From a virus (Duplodnaviria; Caudoviricetes), in IMG/VR virus record IMGVR_UViG_3300041964_000148: DNA of 64,000 nt, one strand, 5' to 3'. Position 1 is the stretch's first letter; each line of letters begins with the position of its first letter. Below the pieces are notes generated by a model. That model was given only the letters and a program-made list of their open reading frames with translations, was not told the origin of the DNA and did not search any database. The position numbers and the translations under genes are program-made. Positions 8,651 through 19,254 of this stretch are shown in pieces.

Positions 8651-9124
8651 ATGTCAAAACTTGCCGCTGCAACCGTTCATGAGTTTTCATATTTCTACTT
8701 TGAAGGCGACACGCTAAAAGCTGTAGACAAATGCTCTCAACTGTCAGACGACGAAAATTTGAAATTTTGCAAGCTAAGTGATGCAGTTGGATATGTTCAA
8801 AAACTAGGATGCTGTGGAATGAAACAGCATTCAATACGGAGCGAGTATCATCGCTTGTGTATTGAAGTGCTGCGTTGGGCGGTAAAAAATACGGGTCAAG
8901 TTTTCCCCGTAATTTTTAGGGGCGTTCGCTCTAATCGACCTGAATCAGAACACATGATTCTGTTTGGAACGCGAGACAAGGCGGTTGCTGCTTTCTATGG
9001 TTCAACCATTAAAGAGTATTGCAACGTTAGAGGAATTCTGGTTAAAACATCCCATGTAAAATCAGTCAAGTCTGACGATTGGAGCGAGGCAGACGATGAA
9101 GTTATATTTTTCCCAGATCTATGA
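8651..9124 (+). CDS. Hypothetical protein
   Basis: 157-aa ATG ORF. Confidence 0.55.
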   Translation: MSKLAAATVHEFSYFYFEGDTLKAVDKCSQLSDDENLKFCKLSDAVGYVQKLGCCGMKQHSIRSEYHRLCIEVLRWAVKNTGQVFPVIFRGVRSNRPESEHMILFGTRDKAVAAFYGSTIKEYCNVRGILVKTSHVKSVKSDDWSEADDEVIFFPDL

Positions 9125-9150
9125 AGCGTACAGCCTCTATCCCCGTTAAT

Positions 9151-9378
9151 TTACCACCCCATGAGAGGTTGCTCCCCCTCATGGGTGGGGCGGTTGACCT
9201 CCTTAAAGTCACCTGGGACAGCATCAGTGATATGAAGACCCGATTCAAGGGTGTGTAAGGCATCTTCCAGGGGTTTTCGACTATCGGCATCGGGGCATTG
9301 TTGAATCGCGGCTGTGAGAGCAAGAATAATCGCCCCTAAGTCCTTATCTGACAGTAACCACCATTTTTGTAATGACAT
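9151..9378 (-). CDS. Hypothetical protein
   Basis: AAGG before ATG. Confidence 0.45.
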   Translation of the reverse strand: MSLQKWWLLSDKDLGAIILALTAAIQQCPDADSRKPLEDALHTLESGLHITDAVPGDFKEVNRPTHEGEQPLMGW

Positions 9379-9436
9379 AGCGATCGCCTACCTTCTAACG
9401 TAAAATCCCCTGGGTTTAGATCCAGGGGATTCCGTA

Positions 9437-9988
9437 TTATAGGGCTTTTGGACGGGGGAACTTTGAACCCAAGAAACTCCTCATCATTGCTTGATTGCGT
9501 TTATCCCTGCTTTTGACCGATTCAGGTTCAGAAGGTGTGTCCGCCTCAAGCGCTTCCTCCATCACGGAGAACCGTGATGGAGGAATACTTAAGACAAAAG
9601 GGAAAGGGAGAGGTGACCTAGGAGGACTTAGCCTAAAAGAATGATTAGTATCGGCAATTTTGTTAATTGATCCCCCCTGCTCGGCTAAGGCAGTCAGCGC
9701 CCGCATTATGTTTCCCTGCGCGGCTATGCCAGCCATAGCCCGCCTTAGGGTTCCCTGTTCGACTATTTCAACCAACATTGCCCTTACAAACGATTGTGAT
9801 TCCCCAAGCGCCAAGGAGATTGAGGAAACTGTTTTGTTGAAATCGTAGCTGATTGAAACGGGTTCTGGAACAAACCTGCTAGGTGCGATCGCCCACCAAA
9901 CTCCATTGATCTTCTGCGGTGTATCCCAACCGTTGTTCACACACCAATCAAGGACTAACCTATCTAGTGCGTTTAGTTCTGATTCCAT
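9437..9988 (-). CDS. Hypothetical protein
   Basis: 183-aa ORF followed by a hairpin at 9404-9432. Confidence 0.55.
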   Translation of the reverse strand: MESELNALDRLVLDWCVNNGWDTPQKINGVWWAIAPSRFVPEPVSISYDFNKTVSSISLALGESQSFVRAMLVEIVEQGTLRRAMAGIAAQGNIMRALTALAEQGGSINKIADTNHSFRLSPPRSPLPFPFVLSIPPSRFSVMEEALEADTPSEPESVKSRDKRNQAMMRSFLGSKFPRPKAL

Positions 9989-10080
9989 GTCTGTTTATAA
10001 GCTATCTTCGTTTTCCCTAGAATACTTCAAATTAAGCAAAAGAATAGCCGCTTACACGGAAGCGGCTTTTTACTAGGAAT

Positions 10081-10124
10081 CCGCCAGAAAGCCCCGTACC
10101 CTTGTGGTCGGGGATGAATGGCGG
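10081..10124 (+). mobile_element. Orphan IS200/IS605-like left-end hairpin
   Basis: CCGCCAGAAAGCCCCG-tacccttgtggt-CGGGGATGAATGGCGG resembles the left ends at 32830-32880 and 53813-53858. Confidence 0.45.
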
Positions 10125-10321
10125 GAAAAAGAGATCGCACTTTTGCTCCGGAATATTCCGGAGCAAAAAAAATAACCGCCCACCAGAGGACGGTAAATGT
10201 ACTATGAGATGATCCCTATGTCGTGCTTGTAAACACTGTTGAAGTGTAGTGCATAACAAAAGGCGACAACCGTATTATACCTATTGATTGGAGTTTGACT
10301 TCTCTAGGTTGAACGCCAACA

Positions 10322-10591
10322 CTACTTCTTCTTGGGTCTACCACGGAGAACCGTGACGGACGAATCCAGCTTCTTTTTCTCAGGGAGCTGCTGAATATCA
10401 AAAATAAGCGATCGCTCTTTTAATTTCTCATTGCCCTTAAATATTTGGTTTAACAGCACTTTATTAACCTCCCAGCCAACCCCATAGTGCATCCCATCAC
10501 GAATAACGTGTTTAAGATCCTCCCATCCCAATGAGTGCATTCGATCTATTTCGGCTTTGCCTGAAACAGGGATAATGACAATATATTTCAT
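10322..10591 (-). CDS. Hypothetical protein with C-terminal RGRPKK (AT-hook-like)
   Basis: ATG ORF divergent from the terminase-like gene. Confidence 0.45.
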   Translation of the reverse strand: MKYIVIIPVSGKAEIDRMHSLGWEDLKHVIRDGMHYGVGWEVNKVLLNQIFKGNEKLKERSLIFDIQQLPEKKKLDSSVTVLRGRPKKK

Positions 10592-10627
10592 TGAACTAAC
10601 GGCTGAGGGGCAACTGGATAACGAACG

Positions 10628-11257
10628 ATGGCAAAGAAAAGGAAACGAACTAGCGGAGCGTCTGTTCCACCTCAGCCAGTTGGTAGACCGACGACACTAA
10701 CCAAGGAGCTGCAAGACAAGATAGTCGCTGCTGTAGCAGAAGGCGACTATCTTAGTGTCGCCTGTGAGCTAGTCGGAGTGCCAGGAGCAACAGGAAGAAG
10801 CTGGAAACACCAAGGATCTGGGAAGAGGCACGATCGCCCTGCCAATGAAGAGTTTGCAGCTTTCGCAACGGCTGTAGAGAAAGCTAAGGCTGAAGCTGCA
10901 CACGCAAGGGTTCAGCGAATAACAGAAGCGGCGCAAGGTCGGCGCATTATCCGCCAGAAGACTGTGACAAAAATTTCTCGTGACGCTGAAGGAAACGAGG
11001 AAACGGAGACTATAACAGAAATTGTTGAAACGACCAATTACGACTGGAGAGCTGATGCGTGGATGCTGGAACACCAATACCCTGATCTATGGGGTTCACA
11101 GCGAATGTCAGAGCTTGAGGCATGGAAAGTGCTTATTGAAGCTGGACAAGTGCCAGATGAGGTTATCGACGCCATCTTAGTTGGAGAGGAGGAACGGCGA
11201 TCGCGCATCCAAGCAGCTCTAAAGGAACCACAAGAATCGGGTTCTGAAGGTATGTGA
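10628..11257 (+). CDS. Putative terminase small subunit / HTH protein
   Basis: GRPTTLT.E..DKIV..V.EG....AC..VGV HTH and DWRADAWMLE..YP..WG motif. Confidence 0.6.
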   Translation: MAKKRKRTSGASVPPQPVGRPTTLTKELQDKIVAAVAEGDYLSVACELVGVPGATGRSWKHQGSGKRHDRPANEEFAAFATAVEKAKAEAAHARVQRITEAAQGRRIIRQKTVTKISRDAEGNEETETITEIVETTNYDWRADAWMLEHQYPDLWGSQRMSELEAWKVLIEAGQVPDEVIDAILVGEEERRSRIQAALKEPQESGSEGM

Positions 11258-11460
11258 TAAAATTGTGCAACTTTCTAATATACCAATAGTTGTAGAGCGC
11301 GAATGTATTGGAAAATATAAGCTATGTCTAAAGAGTGAGGAATGCGTAACAATTGGTGTGGATTCACTTACACTTTACGTAGAAATACGGATGGCTCAAG
11401 GTGTCTACAGGAGTAGCGTTTATATAAGTACGTGATCTACTGAAGTCTAAAAGCTAATCA

Positions 11461-11886
11461 ATGTTTATCTATCCGAGTAGTTTGAATACCAGCCATTCAG
11501 AACACTGGCGGGTTCTGCGCCAGTTTATTCTAGGCGGCGAAGAAGTCTATCTCACAGAGATAGAAGGAGATAACACATCCGGATATAGGTTCCAATATAT
11601 TTCTAATAGTGCGAGTTATCTATCGCAGTATTACCCTACAAGAGAAGCGGCAGTTGAAGGGTTGAACATAGCTCTGCTGCGATCGCTCGTCCATCGATCG
11701 CCTCACTCCCTTTTTGTGATTGATGGCACGGGGATTATCCTGTATCAATCCGAGAAAAATATTGGGCGATTTGGCTTAAAGCAGGGGAAAGATACTTGGG
11801 AGATTATTAAAACTAAAAAAACCTCTTGGATTGTCCAAGAGGTCTCTTTCAACCATTTATCTGTTTATCGAGAGGTAGATGGCTGA
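11461..11886 (+). CDS. Hypothetical protein
   Basis: 141-aa ATG ORF. Confidence 0.5.
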   Translation: MFIYPSSLNTSHSEHWRVLRQFILGGEEVYLTEIEGDNTSGYRFQYISNSASYLSQYYPTREAAVEGLNIALLRSLVHRSPHSLFVIDGTGIILYQSEKNIGRFGLKQGKDTWEIIKTKKTSWIVQEVSFNHLSVYREVDG

Positions 11887-12812
11887 CTATTACGGCGCAA
11901 GTCGAGGAGAACACTCGTCCAGTCGCCCTTGTAAATAACGGGGTCTTTATTATCAAGGAATATTGGCTGGGAGTAATCTTCCCAGCCTTTTATTTTGATC
12001 AGGACGAATGATGAGGCAACATAGTCGTCTTTGGTTAAAGAGACGCCCCGGTCGCCTTCTAGAACAAGGTTTAAGTTTTCTCCAATCCGTCCTTGATATC
12101 CATTCTCCTGTGCTGCTGTCCGAGGCTGCGCTGGCCTGCCCAGTCGATTCAAGGACTGTTCTAACCAATTCTTAAATCGATAGAACTCATCAAAATTAAA
12201 ATCCCCTACTTCCACTTCTTCTTGCTCTTTTGTCCTGCTTAATACGACAGATGGCGATGACACCGCCAGTCTATCACCGATTTCTGCTACTGAAGATAAC
12301 AGTGCCGTTCGCCCCCCTGGAGAGAGATGGCTCAACCTTTCTTTGAGAAGCTCAATTTCTGCTAACTCAAGAAGGTTGCGTTGAGGTTGGTTGTAGTTTG
12401 TAAGGACTGGAGGGGCTGGGGGGAAGAGAGCTTCTTCAAGTTCCGAAGCCTTATAAGGGCGGTTTTTGGACTTGTTCCACCAAAATCCAATGCGTACCAA
12501 GGCTTTCATCATTTCCGGATCGAAGGTCCGGCGGGCGTAGGACTTGCCTGTTCCTATGTGGAAGAATCGGTTGAGTTGGTGGCGGCTGTATTGAATCTCT
12601 TCCTCTTCGAGGGCGGAATTGATCCAATCTGTTGCCTCAGAAATGTTGCAGCATAAATTTTCTAGAGAATCTTGTACGATCTCTTGGAATAATTCAGTGT
12701 TTAATGTCATCATTCTCCTTCCCTGCTCACGAGGGATATTCAATTTGTCGTTTACTTTCATTATACGCTCCAACGCAAGCGCCCAATTGTAGCATTTAAC
12801 CGTTATTGGCAT
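11865..12812 (-). CDS. Hypothetical protein (possible regulator); start may be ~12713
   Basis: Long ORF divergent from nrdJ; AAGGAG SD before MMTLNT. Confidence 0.55.
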   Translation of the reverse strand: MPITVKCYNWALALERIMKVNDKLNIPREQGRRMMTLNTELFQEIVQDSLENLCCNISEATDWINSALEEEEIQYSRHQLNRFFHIGTGKSYARRTFDPEMMKALVRIGFWWNKSKNRPYKASELEEALFPPAPPVLTNYNQPQRNLLELAEIELLKERLSHLSPGGRTALLSSVAEIGDRLAVSSPSVVLSRTKEQEEVEVGDFNFDEFYRFKNWLEQSLNRLGRPAQPRTAAQENGYQGRIGENLNLVLEGDRGVSLTKDDYVASSFVLIKIKGWEDYSQPIFLDNKDPVIYKGDWTSVLLDLRRNSQPSTSR

Positions 12813-12882
12813 TTGCAGCTTAATGCGACCGAATTCCGTAAATTATGTCCTACAATTCGGTTGAGTACTCTTCCGGAAAATT

Positions 12883-14124
12883 ATGACCACTACACGAAAG
12901 AAAGACGCTTTCCCCACAGGGACAGCTTTGCCTGTGTTTTATCGGACATATAGCCGTGGGGGAAAGGAGTCTTGGTGGGACGTTTGTATTCGTTGCGTGG
13001 AGGGACTTGTTACGCTATCGGCAGGACACCTAAAAAAAGAAGAGCGATCGCTTCTTCTTAATTACGCACGAGAAATCAAAGCCCTGCCTTCCGGTCGCTG
13101 GCTTTGGGTTGGCGGCAAGCCTTGGGTAGAAAACCCTAAGAATTTCTCTGGGGCATATAACTGCACGAGCATCAATGTTAAGGCTTATGAGGATCAGTCT
13201 CCTTGGGCAGCCTTTGGCTGGCTTATGGAATTAGGGATGATGGGATGCGGCACCGGTGCCGTACTAGAACCAAAATACATTGACACTCTCCCACCTATTT
13301 GTAATATCCTCCAGACTAATATCCTGGGAGAGCCGGGGGAAGTTCACCCAAATGAGCGGCTAGAGGATACGGAATTTACTGTAAACCGAAACACGCTTTA
13401 TATCCTGGTGGGGGATTCGCGGGAAGCGTGGGTGGCAGCATACCAAATTATGTTAGAAGCGGCTTCTAACCCTAACCTGGGGCGGGAGCTGTTTGTCAAC
13501 ATCTATTTGGGCAACGTGCGCCCCTATGGTGAACAGCTCCAAGGTTTTGGAGGGGTCGCTAATCCAGCCAAGTTGGGTTGGATGTTTGGCGCGATCGCCG
13601 ACGTTACTAATCAAGCGGTTGGGCGACAAATGAATTCTTTAGAATGCTGTATGGCGATCGATATTGCAGCAGAGAATACTGTTGCCGGAAATGTTCGACG
13701 TTCTGCTGGGATGCGGCAAGGGAAGTACGACGATCCTAATTTTGTTGATGCCAAACTGGGGTTATATCTCCAAGATGAGGCTGGGGATTGGTATTTACCT
13801 GATGCTAGAAAGTCGGTTTTGAGAATTGCTAATCACACCCGCGTCTTCCACCACAAACCTACCTTAGAAGAGATCCAGGAAGCTGTTGCCAAGCAGTATT
13901 TCTCTGGGGAAGGGGCAATTATGTGGGCGGGAGAGGCAGTATATCGGTGCAATCGCGACTTAATTAGTGAAGGCGATCGCTCGACATTCCTGTATCTCTA
14001 TAATTTGGGCATAGAACGCGCCGAGGAGTTTTTAGCTGTTGCTTATCTTCGCTACCACGGTGTACCGTGTTCCGACGAGGAGCTGGAGCATCGAATGGAA
14101 AGATATGGGACAAATCCGTGTGGT
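12883..14124 (+). CDS. nrdJ: Class II (AdoCbl-dependent) ribonucleoside-triphosphate reductase, exon 1
   Basis: VFYRTYSR, PSGRWLWVGG, GAYNCTS, AGNVRRSA, ANHTRVF; ends NPCG. Confidence 0.92.
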
Positions 14125-15189
14125 AAATGATTTTGCCTCACGTTAAAAACCTGGCAAAATCGGTGAAGACTGAGATGTTAACGCCGAGGTAATCAGAGGA
14201 ATTAAAGAGCTTCTGACACCGTAGAGAGTAGAGATTGAACCTAATCCCATCAAGGATAAGACTAGAAAATCTCCACGAGTGCCGGGGCATAGAGCATGGG
14301 TCTATGCAAAACGTACTCCGAACTACATTTTTTGTGGTAGCCCTGATATGATTTTAATGCAAAATCTTGAGGAGCTAATCAATGAAAAATGCGCCATACA
14401 TGGATAAAGAACACCTCAGTTCATTGATAGCTTTAGGTATGACTGCTTCCGAGATAGGTAAACAATATGGTGTTCATAGAGGGACAATCGACTACTGGTG
14501 TAGTAAATTCTCTTTGACTATTTATAAGCAACATGGTCAAAAAAGGATTTATACGTTCGATGAAACTTTTTTCACTTGTATTGACTCAGAAGAAAAAGCA
14601 TACATCTTGGGCTTCATTATGGCTGATGGATTTATTGAAAGCAGTGGCAGAGCGCTCACTATTACCCTAAACAAACGAGACGCTGATTTACTTGAGAAGA
14701 TTAAACAGTGTCTTAAGGCAAATATACCGTTAGCTATCAAAGGAAAGGAAAAGCAGTTCAGGGCTTTAACATTCTGCTCCAAAAGAATTGTGGCAGATCT
14801 TGCACACTTTTCAATTGCAAGAAATAAAACAAAAACCTTGAAGTTCCCTGACTTAGCTAGCCGTCTATATTCCCATTTCTTGCGTGGCTATTTTGATGGA
14901 GATGGACATATAGGCTACCGACAATGTGCCTTAACTGTAGGAAGCGCGAGTTTTCTAGAGGGTTTGTTGAACTTTCTTTGGGAATCGCACGGTTTTAGAC
15001 CGTGGATAGGGAATAGAACAACGTACTATCATTTACAATTCAATAAAAAACAGTCTCCATTTATCAACTGGCTGTACGCCGACGCTAGGATTTACTTGGC
15101 TCGAAAGTATGAGAGGTTTGATACATATTGGCGCAGCGAACATGAAGCTGTAGAACTAGAGGATAAAGAGCCTTTAGGGTAACAAAATG
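14125..15189 (+). ncRNA. Group I self-splicing intron (1065 nt)
   Basis: 5' exon ends in U (GGT) pairing with GCC of P1; IGS AATGATTT complementary to 3' exon AAATCATT (P10); P7 GAGTA/TACTC; terminal G; splicing restores NPCG|EIIG. Confidence 0.9.
14382..15182 (+). CDS. Intron-encoded LAGLIDADG homing endonuclease with N-terminal HTH
   Basis: Two motifs AYILGFIMADG and HFLRGYFDGDG; GAGGAG SD. Confidence 0.88.
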   Translation: MKNAPYMDKEHLSSLIALGMTASEIGKQYGVHRGTIDYWCSKFSLTIYKQHGQKRIYTFDETFFTCIDSEEKAYILGFIMADGFIESSGRALTITLNKRDADLLEKIKQCLKANIPLAIKGKEKQFRALTFCSKRIVADLAHFSIARNKTKTLKFPDLASRLYSHFLRGYFDGDGHIGYRQCALTVGSASFLEGLLNFLWESHGFRPWIGNRTTYYHLQFNKKQSPFINWLYADARIYLARKYERFDTYWRSEHEAVELEDKEPLG

Positions 15190-16323
15190 GAAATCATTGG
15201 CTCCAATTTTCACTGCAACTTATCGGAGGTTCATCTCAATCAAATTGACCCGCACAACTTAAAAGAGCAGGAGGAGGCGTTTACGGTAGGGGCATTAAGC
15301 GTGGCGATACTTCTGCAACACAAGTTCCCAAGTCCTGTCTACCAGCGATCGCGTGAATTAGATCCTATCGTTGGCGTTTCCTGTACCGGGATGTTCGACT
15401 TTTTCGTTAAGCGTTTTGGGTATCGCTGGCTGGAGTGGTGGGAAGCTGGGCGACCAAGACAGTGGGGCAATGAAGTTATGTCACCGTCTCCTGGAGAAAA
15501 TTTCAGTCAATCAACAGTCAATGAATTTGAACATGAATCTGAGTACTTTATTGCTTATGAATCTTGGTATCTAAATTGGTGGCGAGGGATTGTTGAAACT
15601 AAGGTGTGGGAGTATTGCGATCGCAGTAATCTTAAGCGCCCAAATCGCTGCACAACTCTCCAACCTAGTGGGACAAAATCTCTTCTAACCGGGGCATCTC
15701 CCGGCTGGCATCCACCTAAGGGGCAGAGGTTCATTCGTCGGATAACGTGCGATCGGAATGACCCTGTTGCTCTAGCTTGTTTGGACTATGGCTATAAGGT
15801 GGTGCCGGCTCAAGGGGATAAGGATGAAAACGGCTATCTTCTTAACGACCCATTTGACCCCCGCTGTACAGAGTGGTTGGTAGAGATCCCCTGCGAGGTT
15901 TCTTGGGCAAATATGCCTGGGGTTGAAGATATTGATGTTAGTCGATTTAGCGCCCTAGCCCAAATTGATTTCTATATGCAGGTGCAAACGCATTATGTTC
16001 GACATAACACCAGCGCGACTATTGAGCTACGTGAGGAGGAAATTGAGTCTGTAGCCCAGCGAATTTATCAAGCAATCCAAAATGACGAGGGGTATATTTC
16101 CGCCTGCCTCTCAGCCCGATTTGACGCTCACGAGGCATTCCCCAGGTTGCCGTTTGAGCCTATCGACAAGGCGACGTATGAGCAGATGGTGAGGGACGTG
16201 GAAGAGCGACGCATTGTAGAGGATTTCCATGAGGCGTTGGCGAAGCGCCAGGAGGAATCGGCTTATATTCGTAGTTCATCGGGTCCGGCTGGGTGTGATA
16301 GCGACAAGTGCTTGATGTCGTAG
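15190..16323 (+). CDS. nrdJ: Class II RNR, exon 2
   Basis: FHCNLSEVHL, CTTLQPSGTKSLLTGASPGWHP, HNTSATIE, C-terminal GCDSDKC. Confidence 0.92.
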   Translation, partial: EIIGSNFHCNLSEVHLNQIDPHNLKEQEEAFTVGALSVAILLQHKFPSPVYQRSRELDPIVGVSCTGMFDFFVKRFGYRWLEWWEAGRPRQWGNEVMSPSPGENFSQSTVNEFEHESEYFIAYESWYLNWWRGIVETKVWEYCDRSNLKRPNRCTTLQPSGTKSLLTGASPGWHPPKGQRFIRRITCDRNDPVALACLDYGYKVVPAQGDKDENGYLLNDPFDPRCTEWLVEIPCEVSWANMPGVEDIDVSRFSALAQIDFYMQVQTHYVRHNTSATIELREEEIESVAQRIYQAIQNDEGYISACLSARFDAHEAFPRLPFEPIDKATYEQMVRDVEERRIVEDFHEALAKRQEESAYIRSSSGPAGCDSDKCLMS

Positions 16324-16395
16324 CACAGAGGTTGGTGTTACCATTTATTCATGAGTTTAAGTTTGTGTAGCGTCGTAGCTATAACTTCTGCGAAT

Positions 16396-16424
16396 AAGCG
16401 CCTATCGGACAGTAGGCGCTTTTT
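16396..16424 (+). terminator. Intrinsic terminator
   Basis: AAGCGCCTA-8nt-TAGGCGCTT plus T run. Confidence 0.7.
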
Positions 16425-16502
16425 GTTGCCCTGTGCTACTATTTACGCAATGTCATAATGTTTAAGACTTAAGTTGCCACTATTCAAGCGTGAACAAGAG
16501 TC

Positions 16503-16532
16503 AAAGCGCCTAATGCCCGTTAGGCGCTTTTT
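16503..16532 (+). terminator. Intrinsic terminator (sister of 16396)
   Basis: AAAGCGCCTAA-6nt-TTAGGCGCTTT plus T run. Confidence 0.7.
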
Positions 16533-16618
16533 CATGCCTCTATTTGACTTAATCTAATACGTTAGAATGTATATAGGTATACAAAATATACCTGTTAAAT
16601 ACAAAGCAAAACCAGATT

Positions 16619-16951
16619 ATGATCCTAACCAATACAGACTACATAAGCTTGGGTTCAGCCCCAAGTTCGGAAACTTGTGCCGCCCTTTGTGCTCCCAATT
16701 ACGAAGAACAGGTAGCCAAAGAATGTAAAGTTTACATTAGCTATCTTAAGCGTCTTTTCCCAATCCCAGAAAGTTTGAATGGGGAAGTAGGATTTAAAAA
16801 GAAGTCGTTTAGTCACGACTTCGGCACTTACTACGAAGTATGCGTAGTCTATTCCGTAGACAACCCAAAAGCGCAAAAATATGCCAACAAGGTTGAAGGG
16901 AATATGCCAGAAGACTGGGACGAACAAGCAAAGGAGGAACTAGCAGCATAA
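16619..16951 (+). CDS. Hypothetical phage protein
   Basis: HDFGTYYEV motif; AAAGCAAAA leader; terminator at 16980-17020. Confidence 0.65.
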   Translation: MILTNTDYISLGSAPSSETCAALCAPNYEEQVAKECKVYISYLKRLFPIPESLNGEVGFKKKSFSHDFGTYYEVCVVYSVDNPKAQKYANKVEGNMPEDWDEQAKEELAA

Positions 16952-17059
16952 TAGCTGCTCTGCCTATTAATATTTAGCAAAACACCCCACTGATCACGAT
17001 GATCGGTGGGGTGTTTTTTGTTTGTAACGGGCTTGGTCTGAGGTAGGATTGATTTAACT

Positions 17060-17761
17060 TTGAGGGAACGATTGCACACCAAACCCAAACTCAAAATATC
17101 TATGAAAGGTTTTGGACAACCATTGCACACAAAAGACTACAAAAACGTTTATCAGCAAATAGACTTTTTAGTTCGCAGCGTAAAAAGCGGAAGTACTCGT
17201 GAACATATACCAATGTTTATGACCTCGTTGAAGCGAAAAACCGTCCTTTCTCAGGTCATAAACGAAATCGCTCAACGCTACCCCGAATACTATCTACAAG
17301 CAATGATGATTGAGCAAACGCCGTGTGCGATTGTCACTCCTCTTGTAAAAAATGACAAGTTCTCTTCATACACATGGACTGAGTTGTCATCACGAACAGG
17401 CAAGTGGCTAGTAATGGCTTCTCCACCAGGGGCATGGGATTGTCGTTGCTTAACAGTGTGGAAAGAGGAAGATAAGGCTAATGAAATTTGCGAGTCAATA
17501 TTTGACCGTATATCTAGGATGCCGTTATTCGACTGGCAAAAAGGACGCGGGGAATACATGAGGTTACTTAGGTCGCTACCGATGGATGACGATTCCATTA
17601 TTGGATTAATTGACACGAAAACGGGTAAAACCATCAATTTTGATAGCCAAATACAAGAGCGACTTCTTCCCATTTGGAACCAATCACTAATTGGAGATAG
17701 CGACGCTGGGAACCAACTAAAGGCGGCGCTCAATCAGTTAAGGCACGAAACCTTGGATTGA
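17060..17761 (+). CDS. Hypothetical protein (start probably ATG 17102)
   Basis: Long ORF; MKGFGQ start. Confidence 0.55.
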   Translation: MRERLHTKPKLKISMKGFGQPLHTKDYKNVYQQIDFLVRSVKSGSTREHIPMFMTSLKRKTVLSQVINEIAQRYPEYYLQAMMIEQTPCAIVTPLVKNDKFSSYTWTELSSRTGKWLVMASPPGAWDCRCLTVWKEEDKANEICESIFDRISRMPLFDWQKGRGEYMRLLRSLPMDDDSIIGLIDTKTGKTINFDSQIQERLLPIWNQSLIGDSDAGNQLKAALNQLRHETLD

Positions 17762-17836
17762 ACTGAGTTGATCTTGATGATTAGCACGGTGTTTTTGTGG
17801 CGCTTAAAATTAACTTAACTTTGAGGGAGCGATCGC

Positions 17837-18337
17837 GTGTTCACCCAACAAGAAAAAGAGACATTGCTAGAGGGCATCCAGCTTCTGGATGCCTTCATTT
17901 CCTCACCAGAGGAACAGAAAAGGCTAACTGAGTTAAGTACCAAGGTAACTGTGGCAGCCAGTCCCCAACCCCCTGCCCTTAGCCAAATAGAGCAATTTGA
18001 AAGGGCGTGTATCGATAACGGGTTTGGTTATCGCAATAAGGAAAATGCGATCGCCAAATTCAGGGAAGAATTCGAGGAACTCCTTGTTGCTATTGAGTCC
18101 GAATCCAAAGAAAGACAGGAAGAAGAACTAGGCGATCTGCTGTACGTAATTGCCAGTGTCTGCCGTCTGTATGAGTTGAGTACAGGCGCAGCGGGGCAGA
18201 AGATCATTACCAAGTTACAGAAAAGAATCAGGTTGATGGGAATGCTTTCCCCTGTCCCTTTGGGCGAACTCTCGGATAAGGCTCAAACAAATTTGTTGAG
18301 GATCGTCAAGTCGTCACAGGAGGTACAAAATGACTGA
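17837..18337 (+). CDS. mazG: MazG-like nucleotide pyrophosphohydrolase
   Basis: KFREEFEEL...EEELGDLLY...KL.KR all-alpha NTP-PPase motif. Confidence 0.75.
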   Translation: MFTQQEKETLLEGIQLLDAFISSPEEQKRLTELSTKVTVAASPQPPALSQIEQFERACIDNGFGYRNKENAIAKFREEFEELLVAIESESKERQEEELGDLLYVIASVCRLYELSTGAAGQKIITKLQKRIRLMGMLSPVPLGELSDKAQTNLLRIVKSSQEVQND

Positions 18338-18842
18338 AGAATATACTCAATTGTCGTTAATTCCAGGGACTGCGCCTCAGAATTTTATTGCCCCACTTGC
18401 CCCTGAGCAGAATGAACCAAAACCTGTAAAATCTAAGTCCAAAAAGAGACAGCTTCGACAAGGGGATTGTGTGGAGACACCATCTGGGGCAAGAGGGATT
18501 GTAATGCTAGTAAGTCCACTAGGAGATTGCTATGTAGAGGTGGGAGGGAATCCCTTTATCTACCTGCAATCCGACCTAACCCGATTGCCTATATCAGTTA
18601 TTTCCCTGGAGCTGACCCTGCACCAAATAGGTATCGAACTGTATGCCTATCGCAAGGCACTTTCCTCGACAGTTGACGAGGAAATTAGGGCATCTCTAGA
18701 AAAGGCATTGGCAGTGAGAGAAAAGTTCTTTCAGGTTGCCAAAAGGGAGTATCAACTACAGTGCGATCGCATCAGCATTTATGACGGTAGACGCTCTAGA
18801 GGCTTTGTTATCCCTTGGATTAGCTCAAGTCATGCCTACTAG
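18330..18842 (+). CDS. Hypothetical protein
   Basis: AGGAGG SD; overlaps mazG stop. Confidence 0.6.
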   Translation: MTEEYTQLSLIPGTAPQNFIAPLAPEQNEPKPVKSKSKKRQLRQGDCVETPSGARGIVMLVSPLGDCYVEVGGNPFIYLQSDLTRLPISVISLELTLHQIGIELYAYRKALSSTVDEEIRASLEKALAVREKFFQVAKREYQLQCDRISIYDGRRSRGFVIPWISSSHAY

Positions 18843-19254
18843 GTAGGGTGTCTCTTGATCTAGCTAGGCTTCGGTTCACCTAGCGGAAACAGGAAGCCAC
18901 TAGCACTTGCCGTATCTGACATGACAATCGTTTTCAGGGCATTCTGCCCACGATCACATCTAAAAGTCAGCCTATCACGAAAAAGCCGAGTCCGTTCTTC
19001 TTTGTCCAGAACCCGTTTGCCATAATCTAAACTCAGTTTAATACCTTTTACTGGAACAGCTTCTGCTGCTCGGTTTGCAGCTCTGAAACTTTCTTGTTGG
19101 CGAGAACCCAGGTTATTTGACTTCCCGCATTGACTGCGGGAAGTTTCATCTTTGTTATACCTTGTTTCAATGTTGCCCTGCGCTAATTCCAGACAAAAAA
19201 AGCCCAGACTCTTAAGAGCCTGGGCTTATGTTTGTTCAACCACCAAGAAGGTTG

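Noticed and set aside
14125-15189. Intein in nrdJ
   Set aside because: A stop follows NPCGK, there are no intein termini, and group I pairings are present
18850-19190. IscB/HEARO-like RNA or hidden minus-strand gene
   Set aside because: Only scattered hairpins and a ~110-codon frame without a clear start; no IscB gene
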